Positions 15,744 to 23,933 of a DNA stretch of 32,000 nucleotides are shown here, piece after piece (within the stretch, counting starts at the first letter, position 1; each line of letters begins with the position of its first letter). Position numbers and translations under genes: made by a program. The stretch lies in contig CP104013.1 in the NCBI GenBank assembly GCA_025839675.1, forward strand, positions 5,190,001-5,222,000, in the 5' to 3' direction. Below the pieces are notes generated by a model. It did not search any database and had not been told where the DNA came from. It worked only from the letters and a program-made list of their open reading frames with translations. The stretch is from Candidatus Lokiarchaeum ossiferum. GTDB lineage: Archaea; Asgardarchaeota; Lokiarchaeia; Sigyniarchaeales; Promethearchaeaceae.

Positions 15744-16829
15744 ATGAAAAAACAAAAAATTGTAAAGCAACTCCTTTTTGCTTTGGTTTTATTTTTGTGT
15801 ATTTTTAATAATTATTCTCTGTCATATCAAAATCTAATTAAAGCAGATATTGAGCCATGTTCCTCTTCCTTGGAAATCGGAGATTATTGGAAATCAGTCG
15901 TAATTACCAAAGCTGAAGGATACAATTTTAGCTCAACCTACAATTATAAAATCGTAAATTTCACTTCAATAGAGGATTTATGGGGAAATACGCATGAATG
16001 CTATGTAAAAGTGAGTAATTTCTCATCGAATTTTTCATATGATGAATTTGATGTGATTATAGAAGGTTATTCTAAGGAATTTTTTAATATTTCGAACAAT
16101 CTAATGGTTAGAAATGCTTATTTTAGCAATCAAACGATATTTAATAATGAAACTCATGCAATTCATTCATTCCTTATCCAAAATGTGACACACAACTTCA
16201 AACGGAATATTAGTTTCAATCCGTTCCAATTGTTGTCACCAGGAAGGTCGTTGGTGGTGAATGAAACATATATTAGTAACGGAACTATTGCAATGAATGG
16301 CCCTGCAAATGAAGTAAGTTCTTTACCCATTTCTATTCTTAGAAATTATACAATGGTTGGCTATGATGAATTTATAATAGGAAACAGTCCTTTAAACGTG
16401 AGTGTTTTTCAGATAGAACAAACAATGGCTGATTTAATGTCGTTCAATGTAACCGTGTTTTACTCTCATCAATTAGGTATTGAATTAAAATCCGTCCTCA
16501 AACAGGTAGAAATAGATGGAACCTATAATGTTGAGACTGAGAATATTGTAATTGATATAAATACTCGCTCGTTCGCTGATTTATTAACCGATAATTCAAC
16601 TTCAAGTACCGCTACTGGAACAGAAACAACTACTTCAGGAACAAGTACAGAAACTAGCATTGAAACGAGTAATGAAACTCAAACTGGCTCTGAATCATCG
16701 AATAGCGAAGGTTTTTCAATTAATGGGTATTCTTCGATTTTGATTTATGGGCTTGGTTTGATGGTAGCAGTTCAATTTAGTAGGATTGTAAAAAAGAAAA
16801 AAGCGAGAGTGGTTAATCCAGCATTTTGA
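15744..16829 (+). CDS. Secreted, C-terminally anchored surface protein rich in N-glycosylation sequons
   Basis: N-terminal signal-like segment KQLLFALVLFLCIF. I counted at least 15 N-x-S/T sequons (NFS, NFT, NIS, NQT, NET, NVT, NGT, NYT, NVS, NST and others). A Ser/Thr-rich stalk (STSSTATGTETTTSGTSTETSIETSNETQTGSESS) leads to a C-terminal helix ILIYGLGLMVAVQF followed by KKKKAR. ATG at 15744; the listed start at 15738 is a TTG. Confidence 0.7.
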   Translation: MKKQKIVKQLLFALVLFLCIFNNYSLSYQNLIKADIEPCSSSLEIGDYWKSVVITKAEGYNFSSTYNYKIVNFTSIEDLWGNTHECYVKVSNFSSNFSYDEFDVIIEGYSKEFFNISNNLMVRNAYFSNQTIFNNETHAIHSFLIQNVTHNFKRNISFNPFQLLSPGRSLVVNETYISNGTIAMNGPANEVSSLPISILRNYTMVGYDEFIIGNSPLNVSVFQIEQTMADLMSFNVTVFYSHQLGIELKSVLKQVEIDGTYNVETENIVIDINTRSFADLLTDNSTSSTATGTETTTSGTSTETSIETSNETQTGSESSNSEGFSINGYSSILIYGLGLMVAVQFSRIVKKKKARVVNPAF

Positions 16830-16903
16830 AGTTCAGCAATTTTTGAATTTGGATTCGCTTTATTTTTAAAAAACAGATGAAGTTTGAAGAATATTAAAAT
16901 GTC

Positions 16904-17521
16904 TTAAATTGAGATTTTATGAGACCACTTTTCCAAGAATTGTTGATCAAGTTCGGGATCTCGCACATTATCCGGAAGCATCTGAGGGATATTTTCGAAA
17001 ACAGGAAACCAACGTTTGCATTCATGACATTGAATGACTGCATCTTCAATTTCGAATTCGTATTTAAAAATGTTCAGAAATTCCAACTGGGTTAATATAG
17101 ATTGAAAAATTTTATCTGGATCTGCTGGTTCACCCGCAGTTAGAGAATTCAAAGCCGCATTTAGTTTCGTTTTGATTTCTGTCTTCACTAATTCTAGAGC
17201 TTGAAGTGTCGCCCAACTTGATTTATCTTGCACATTGGAAAGTTCCTCAATCCCAGTGAGTAATTGTTCTAAGTAATGATCAAAGCGGGTAGGCTTTAAA
17301 ACTAAAAGATCATTTACAAACAATTCTCCATTTTCCCGAACTTCTTTCTTAACAGGAGTTGCCTCATTCAATTTAAGAACATTTTTTTCCTGATATCCTT
17401 TAATAAGTATTTCAAGCGGATTTGGAGAAAGTTCTTCAGATTTCCATTTTAAAATTGTTAAGCTTAAGGGATAGGCTTTATCAATCGGACAAGCAAGAAT
17501 TTCCAATAACCATAATTTCAT
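16904..17521 (-). CDS. trm112: Trm112-like protein with large central insertion
   Basis: The N-terminal LLEILACPIDKAYPL and C-terminal IQCHECKRWFPVFENIPQMLPD match the two halves of the Trm112 zinc-knuckle fold (LLxxLxCP ... LxCxxCxxxYPIxxGIPxML). About 125 helical-looking residues separate them. ATG at 17521; the listed TTG is at 17530. Confidence 0.65.
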   Translation of the reverse strand: MKLWLLEILACPIDKAYPLSLTILKWKSEELSPNPLEILIKGYQEKNVLKLNEATPVKKEVRENGELFVNDLLVLKPTRFDHYLEQLLTGIEELSNVQDKSSWATLQALELVKTEIKTKLNAALNSLTAGEPADPDKIFQSILTQLEFLNIFKYEFEIEDAVIQCHECKRWFPVFENIPQMLPDNVRDPELDQQFLEKWSHKISI

Positions 17522-17636
17522 AAAAACCAATGTAAGTAGTGGTGGCTTTGATAATAAATTTCTCCTTAAAATATTTCAAGAAAAAAAATTCAAATTCTAA
17601 TATAAAAGAAATGAAAAAAATTAAAAATGAGCGAAA

Positions 17637-19487
17637 TTAAACTGTAAAGGCTCGTAATTCGTTAATATAACGATCGATTTTCTTTTGTGAAGAAGATGTG
17701 CGTTTCAGCATTTCTTCTGAAAGTTTTTCGTAGGCTGCTTTGGAAGGGAGCTTTCCAAGTTTGTATTTTTCTTGGAGGGAATTGATACTATCCTTCACGG
17801 ACATTTTTTCTGCTTCCAAATAGTCCAATTTTTGAATGATAAATTTAACATCAACATTGGATTGTAATAGAATGCGTTTAAATGGGGCGATTTCCTCGTT
17901 TAATTCTTTCAATTTGCTGGTCAAAACTTTCATTGTTTTTGAGTAAGCTTTCTTCTGAATTTTCCGACGAATTAGGGCAGAATCTGCTTTTTCTATATCG
18001 ATTAATAATGCATTCTTTTCTTCATATAGGGTGACAAATTGGGTTAATTCGCTGATAGGAATCGTTTCAGATTGTTTTTCGATTTCTCCTTCAATTGGGT
18101 TTCTTGAACGAGTGACCGCATAAATGCTAAATATAGCTGCAAATAATAGGATAAAAATGATCGCACGATACATTTTTAATAGTAAATTCACCGAATAGGT
18201 CACATCGATAATATTTTCTTGGAAACGCGAAACACCGGTTGAACTTGTTTCATAAACAATTGATGTTGCGGTTTTATGAATATTTTCAGTATTCAAATTA
18301 GAATTTTTGAGTTTGGAAACACCCATAAGTTCTACAGTTGAACTCAATTCATCAATAACATAATCACTTTTTGTAGTAAGAATATCAAATTTCAACGATT
18401 GCTTCCCATATTCTGAAGAGATATAATCATCCACAGGTAATTCATATTCCAATGAGAATAAAATATAATTTCCTTGTCGCATTGGTGCTCGATTGTAATA
18501 AAGTAATAACGACACATCAATGGTTCCATCATCGTTTTTACTTGTGCCCATTTTGACGGCATCTGGTTGTGGATCATCCTCATTATCTCCATTTCCCAAT
18601 TCTCCAATATCATCAAAAATTCTTACATGTTCTGCTTGCTGTGGAATTTGAAAATCAAGCGTATAAATGGGTGTTTTTCCCCATGAAACAATTCTATATT
18701 GTTCCACTACTCGAATATATCCCCATGAATTAATTGTAATGTGTCGAGATAATGAATTAATTCGAATCGGACCTGCATTTTCGTTTGAATATGAAAAATT
18801 ATTGATGACCTCGTCAAATGGAGCAGAATTCTCTCCATAATATTCTTGAAAAGTTCCATCATAATCAGTGGGTTCTCCTACGAGATAATATTCTGGTTCC
18901 CCATATAAGCTCGCACTACCATCAGGAACCAAGAAAAAGGCATGAAATTCTATAACCTCATATGGACAAACGGGGTGGAGATATGCCTCATAACCATAAT
19001 AAGAATTTGCCAAAGATACAGATAACGCATCTTTAAACACCATATTTAAAGTAAAAGACACGGATGAATAGGGGAGAAGGGGTTCAGATAATAGTATTTC
19101 TAAAACATTATATCCTTGAAGTTTTTCTTCTAATAATTGAGATTTCATGGGTCCAGAAGTTAAATCGGAAGCTTCATGGAATATTAAATTCTCAACATTC
19201 GTATCAGAAAGGCAAATATCAATAGTCATAATGCTATTAGAATTATTATTTCGAATTTTGTAGGAATCTTCAATTAAAACAGTTCCAAAACTATCAACTT
19301 TAATTTCCCGTGAAACGTTTTGAATATAGATTTCATTATAGGAAGCTGAAGATGATTTTGGAAATCCACTACTACTTGCTGGAGTAGTTTGTGGAGCGGC
19401 GCCAACAGTTATGAAAAGGGGTACTACCATTAAAATAAACAGAATCCCCAAAGCGCCCGAAATTAACAACTTTTTTTGTCGAAACAT
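17637..19487 (-). CDS. Ribophorin I (OST1) homologue, oligosaccharyltransferase subunit-like
   Basis: The topology is a signal peptide, a ~400-aa lumenal or extracellular part, one TM helix ([17 protein letters not shown]) and a ~165-aa coiled-coil tail. Blocks are collinear with human RPN1 as I remember it. [20 protein letters not shown] parallels [41 protein letters not shown] parallels [38 protein letters not shown] parallels RFPLFGGWKTHYIVGYNLP. The C-terminal [35 protein letters not shown] parallels [31 protein letters not shown]. ATG at 19487. Confidence 0.8.
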   Translation of the reverse strand: [616 protein letters not shown]

Positions 19488-19684
19488 GCTCAATAGACCT
19501 TTAACATTGCGGTAATTTATTCTGTTAAATATAATGTGGTGTGTTAATTAAAAAGCATGGTTCGGTTTTTTTTTCAATAAGTTGATCATGGACTCATTGA
19601 CTCATAACCGAGAAATAATTGGTGATAATATTGAACGGTGTAGAAGTATTTGAAATGTTCTTTAAAGGAATAGATCAAAACTTT

Positions 19685-19695
19685 TTTTATTTACA
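19685..19695 (+). promoter_or_regulatory. TATA-box-like element for Sec61-beta
   Basis: TTTTTATTTAC is centred about 26 nt upstream of the ATG at 19716. This fits a leaderless transcript starting there and argues against the listed ATG at 19698. Confidence 0.35.
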
Positions 19696-19715
19696 GAATG
19701 TTTTATGTTTTAAAT

Positions 19716-19925
19716 ATGTCTCAAAAAAATAAATCGAAGCGACAAAAACGTCGATCAGCCGATGGACCAATGCCCTCAGGAGGCGCTGGATTAATTCGCT
19801 TTTATCAAGACGCTTCAAACGGAATTAAAATATCTCCAATTACTGCCATTGTTCTTTCCGTCTTGCTTATAGCAATTGTTATCGTGGGACAAGTGACATC
19901 AATATTTGATTGGATTGGCGGTTAA
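19716..19925 (+). CDS. secG: Protein translocase subunit Sec61-beta (archaeal SecG)
   Basis: A basic N-terminus is followed by GGAGLIRFYQDASNGIKISP and a single C-terminal TM helix (AIVLSVLLIAIVIVGQV). That is the Sec61-beta signature (GxxRFYxxxxxGLKxxP plus a tail anchor). Confidence 0.85.
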   Translation: MSQKNKSKRQKRRSADGPMPSGGAGLIRFYQDASNGIKISPITAIVLSVLLIAIVIVGQVTSIFDWIGG

Positions 19926-20076
19926 TTATTTTTTTTTTATTTATTTCTTCTCTTCAATCTGTTTTTGAGCATGGATCTTTACTTACTACTTAGAATTACC
20001 TAGAAAATTTCATCGCAATGTTACTGATCCATTTTTAGAAGTTCAGTTTATATTATTAGAATCGTTATGGTGTAAT

Positions 20077-20385
20077 ATGGAAATCTCAAAATTTCAATCT
20101 TTAATGAAAGATTTATATTACGCTAATGATAACCGACGTGGAATTTATCGTACTACTTTATGGCTATTTGAAGAAATGGGAGAACTTTCACACGAGTTAA
20201 AAAAAAATTCTATGGAGATGGATAAAAAAGCAATCGCCGAAGAGATGGCTGACATTTATGCTTGGGTTGCTTCTCTAGCAAATTTATTAGATATTGATTT
20301 AGATGCTGCAGTTCAGCAAAAATATCCAAACAAATGTTTGAAATGCAATAAAAATCCATGCAAATGTAATAAAGATTTGGATTAG
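20077..20385 (+). CDS. MazG-like nucleotide pyrophosphohydrolase, small single-domain form with Cys-rich tail
   Basis: EEMGELSHEL ... EEMADIYAWVASLANLLDIDLDAAVQQKY matches the MazG EExxE ... ExxD four-helix motif pattern. The C-terminus is CLKCNKNPCKCNK. Confidence 0.65.
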   Translation: MEISKFQSLMKDLYYANDNRRGIYRTTLWLFEEMGELSHELKKNSMEMDKKAIAEEMADIYAWVASLANLLDIDLDAAVQQKYPNKCLKCNKNPCKCNKDLD

Positions 20386-20493
20386 TTTAATTTATTTTTT
20401 GCACTTTTTTTTTAAAAACCATTTTGGTAGAAGAATTTTTAGGATTTCGTGCGTTTAAAAAACTGAAGGTATTAAATAGGGCCAGAAAATATC

Positions 20494-21756
20494 ATGGATG
20501 ATTATATATTACAATTACGAAAAGCTAACTTAATTGAAAGTAGAAATTATTTGCAAACTTTAGAAATTCTTGAACAAATAATCTCTATGTTTCAAAATGA
20601 TACTACAAATGAAATGAGAGTAACAAGAGATTCAAAAATTTTGATGTCTCGAATCGCTTATTTAAAAAATTTGAAAAAATCTCCATCTTCTCGTTTATCA
20701 GAAAAACCCGCACGAAATCAAATCAAAGTTGAAGAACAATTCAAAGAGGAAGTTATATCAATTGAATTGGATCACATCATATCTCCGATTATTGATGATG
20801 TGTACACCATGTTAATGAATAACGAGTCCATTGAGTACAAAGATTATCTTTCATTCTACAAATCGGTTCATACTTATTTGGTGGAGGACTCGAAACCAAT
20901 TGTTTATGAAAGCTCTGAAATTGCGTATTTTGTTGGAGATACTCATGGATCGTATTCTGAAACAATTTTAATGATTACTTATTTTGAAAAAATACTTCAG
21001 AAATTTCCAGAAGCAAAAATTATATTCTTGGGTGATTATGTAGATCGGAATCCTTTTGATTTGGAAAATCTCACTTTAATTATCGCCTTCTGGATCAAGT
21101 TCAAGAAAAATGTTACGTTAATACGAGGAAACCATGAAGATCCAAAGATCAACGATGCCTATGGTTTTATTGATAACTTGAAGGAAAATTTTGTTATTGA
21201 ACAATGGGTTGATGATTTATATGGCGAAATATTGAAAATATTCGTGAATTTACCTATAATACATATTTTGAACGTTACATCCAACCATGGTACCTCCGTT
21301 CGAAAAATATTTTCTGTTCATGGAGGAATTCCAGTAAATAATGATCATCCTGAAGAAGCAATTTTGCTAAGTGATCTTGAAAAAAACCTTCATATTCCGG
21401 TGAATTCGTATGAAAATTTCTCTGAATATTTAAATTGGTTGTTATGGGCAGATCCCAAAGAAAACTTAGATGGCTATTTACTTGATCCTAACACCGGTCG
21501 AAATCAGTTTGGACCAGATATTTTTAACCAATTTGTCAAAGCTAATGACATTGATATTGTCGTTAGGGCTCATGAAGTGTTAAAAAATGGATTTAAAACC
21601 TTTTTCAATGACCATCTGATCAGTCTGTTCTCGACCTCTTATTATAAAAATCGGAAGATTGGAGATGGGGCTTTCTTACGGATTTTTGAAGATAAGCCCT
21701 TTACCCCGCTCCCGATTGATCCAACCTTTTTAGAACAGGATTTAACTCAATTTTAG
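20494..21756 (+). CDS. PPP-family Ser/Thr protein phosphatase with ~140-aa N-terminal helical extension
   Basis: All PPP signatures are present in order: GDTHG, GDYVDRN, RGNHE, YGF, HGG, LLWADP and RAHE. The N-terminal ~65 aa are predicted helical by composition and MIT-like by eye. Confidence 0.85.
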   Translation: MDDYILQLRKANLIESRNYLQTLEILEQIISMFQNDTTNEMRVTRDSKILMSRIAYLKNLKKSPSSRLSEKPARNQIKVEEQFKEEVISIELDHIISPIIDDVYTMLMNNESIEYKDYLSFYKSVHTYLVEDSKPIVYESSEIAYFVGDTHGSYSETILMITYFEKILQKFPEAKIIFLGDYVDRNPFDLENLTLIIAFWIKFKKNVTLIRGNHEDPKINDAYGFIDNLKENFVIEQWVDDLYGEILKIFVNLPIIHILNVTSNHGTSVRKIFSVHGGIPVNNDHPEEAILLSDLEKNLHIPVNSYENFSEYLNWLLWADPKENLDGYLLDPNTGRNQFGPDIFNQFVKANDIDIVVRAHEVLKNGFKTFFNDHLISLFSTSYYKNRKIGDGAFLRIFEDKPFTPLPIDPTFLEQDLTQF

Positions 21757-21845
21757 TTTATTATTTGTGCCTTTTGGTATTTTTTTCCTTTTTGTTTCCC
21801 CGAAAATATTTAACAACAAAAAACTAACTAAATATCGTTGAAATT

Positions 21846-22778
21846 ATGAGTTGGAGTAAGCAAAAAGAAGATTTATTGGAAATTCTTGAGAGCGTAAGTA
21901 AAATTGATCCTTATTCTCCAGAAACTAAAAATCTTGAACTTTATTTAGTCAAGTGGATGAAGATCCGAAAACTCGCAACAAATCTCATAAATCGAGAAGA
22001 TCTTTCTAACGAAGATAAACAAGTTCCCCAGTCTTTACTCCAGAAATTCAAACATCAAGTTTATCCTATCTTGTTGGAATTCTCAAAATCTGTAAAAAAA
22101 ATACCGATTAAAGAACTCCTTTCTAAATTTCGGGCTGAACTACAAAGGTATTATGCTCTGGCAGATGAGAATATTAAGATTGTACCCATGCTCTCTTTTT
22201 CAATATATGAAGATGCCCAATTTTTTGTGAATTTATATCAATTTGTATTGGAAAAATCTCTGATAAATGTCGTTAAAAATGAAATCAATTATCGAATGCG
22301 GGTATTGAAGCAATCCTTCGAAATTGAAAGCGGAACTCAAAATATTGAAGCAGATCTCATTCAATCTACTTCATCAAATGTACCTCCAGATCTACAGAAT
22401 CAATCTGAAATATTAATATCAGAAGTAAAAATGCCTGAAGAAGAACTATTGGATGCTTTATCAGGGGAAAGTTACTCTGAGCTAAAATCCGAAATAGACA
22501 TCAATTCTTCTCCTCAGATACAATTACAAGGAAATTCCGTATCTTCCAACACTGATGATGAAATTGGAATTGATTCAAATCTTGCTTCGAGCACTATTGA
22601 AGATGGGCTTCCTATTTATCAACGATTTCAACCCACCCGTTCATATGCTTACAGAAAGTGGTTTCCAGAAAATACGTGGAATCATTTTGCGAATATTCGT
22701 TATTGTAAATTTTGTGGGAAAAAATTCTTAGAAGCCCAACGAATTTGTTCTGGGTGCCACCAGCAATATATTTTTTAG
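21846..22778 (+). CDS. Hypothetical protein: helical N-domain, acidic/Ser-rich linker, C-terminal 4-Cys zinc ribbon
   Basis: 310-aa ORF with an ATG start. The C-terminus is CKFCGKKFLEAQRICSGCHQQY (CxxC...CxxC). The middle is low-complexity (SSNVPPDLQNQSE..., SSPQIQLQGNSVSSNTDDE). No family was recognised. Confidence 0.6.
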   Translation: MSWSKQKEDLLEILESVSKIDPYSPETKNLELYLVKWMKIRKLATNLINREDLSNEDKQVPQSLLQKFKHQVYPILLEFSKSVKKIPIKELLSKFRAELQRYYALADENIKIVPMLSFSIYEDAQFFVNLYQFVLEKSLINVVKNEINYRMRVLKQSFEIESGTQNIEADLIQSTSSNVPPDLQNQSEILISEVKMPEEELLDALSGESYSELKSEIDINSSPQIQLQGNSVSSNTDDEIGIDSNLASSTIEDGLPIYQRFQPTRSYAYRKWFPENTWNHFANIRYCKFCGKKFLEAQRICSGCHQQYIF

Positions 22779-22847
22779 TTTTTTTTTGGCCTCGAAAATA
22801 CTTATATATTAAAAATAGCTCGTTATATCATAAAGTAGGTGACGAAC

Positions 22848-23855
22848 ATGGACTTGACGATGGTTGAATTTAATGCTCAATTTAAGAAATATATGAATGA
22901 TGTAAAAATACTGGAGAAGACTCATCCCCGGGAATCAATAGGATTGTGGGTTCAGATTTGTCAATTTATTGTGAATTTTGCAAAGTCACCTCAATGTCCG
23001 AGGACATTACGTCCTAAACTTGTAAATCAAGCGGATTCTATTATTGTGAAAGTAAAACATATGCAACAAGGTCACATTAATTCTGTTTTTAGTAAAGATG
23101 CTCAAGTCCCCCAAAAACATATTTCTTCCAGTGTGGCTCAACACACCAATTCGTTCTCTTCTGAAGAAAATTTAGATGACTCGGATTCAAACTCTGAAGA
23201 TCACTTATTATCACAATTAAATTCATTACCCGAAATTCCTTCTGATGAAATTGCTGATCAAAGCACCAAGAACAATATAGCTAATGTTGAAAACCCCCAA
23301 GATCCTAATCAAGATTTAAATGAACAAACTCCACCACCATCAAATGCAACACCTATGGGCCCTACAAATCAATCGGAAGCCATCCCTCCAAAATTTGATT
23401 CTTCCCCCCTTTATGATTTGAAGAAATTGGAAGAAGAATTAAAACAAATGCCGTCTAACATGACAGAAATCTCTCCCAGTCCTTTTGCAAACCAAAGTAT
23501 TATTCCGGATGTGGATAAAGTTAAGAAAAACCTGGATTTGGATTCTTATAAAAAAGAAACAACCTTTCTTGATGTGACCAATACGGTACACCAAGGTGAC
23601 AGCGATCAAAGTGAAGTAAATGATCAGTCTAAAAATGCTCGCAATGATATTATGCGCGTTGCTGGTTTTTCAAAAGACCCTCTCGATCGAGATAAGTCTA
23701 AGCCCGAAATTATTAATGATCCCTTTAGTTCTGTAGATCCCGACGAAAATTTGCTTGATCAAACCGAACAGCGTACTTGTTTTGCTTGTGGGGGGTCTTT
23801 AGGTGACAACGAATTAAAATGTCCGTTATGTGGCACAGAAAATCCCCTAAATTAA
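22848..23855 (+). CDS. Hypothetical protein: MIT-like helical N-domain, long acidic/Pro/Ser-rich linker, C-terminal 4-Cys zinc ribbon
   Basis: The ATG at 22848 is preceded by GGTGA with a 5-nt spacer, and the listed GTG start at 22839 lies inside that Shine-Dalgarno-like sequence. The C-terminus is CFACGGSLGDNELKCPLCG. The architecture matches the preceding gene. Confidence 0.6.
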   Translation: MDLTMVEFNAQFKKYMNDVKILEKTHPRESIGLWVQICQFIVNFAKSPQCPRTLRPKLVNQADSIIVKVKHMQQGHINSVFSKDAQVPQKHISSSVAQHTNSFSSEENLDDSDSNSEDHLLSQLNSLPEIPSDEIADQSTKNNIANVENPQDPNQDLNEQTPPPSNATPMGPTNQSEAIPPKFDSSPLYDLKKLEEELKQMPSNMTEISPSPFANQSIIPDVDKVKKNLDLDSYKKETTFLDVTNTVHQGDSDQSEVNDQSKNARNDIMRVAGFSKDPLDRDKSKPEIINDPFSSVDPDENLLDQTEQRTCFACGGSLGDNELKCPLCGTENPLN

Positions 23856-23933
23856 ACTCCACTTTTCACTTTTTCAACTCATTTGTATTTAGGAAACTTT
23901 TTCAAAATTGATGCTTTTCAAAGCTCGATTACT

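Noticed and set aside
20069-20072. GGTG 4 nt upstream of the MazG-like ATG as a Shine-Dalgarno site.
   Set aside because: A TATA-like TTTATATTATTA at 20047-20058 is centred about 25 nt upstream of the ATG, which would make the transcript leaderless and exclude the GGTG from the mRNA. The two readings conflict and cannot be resolved from sequence alone, so neither is annotated.
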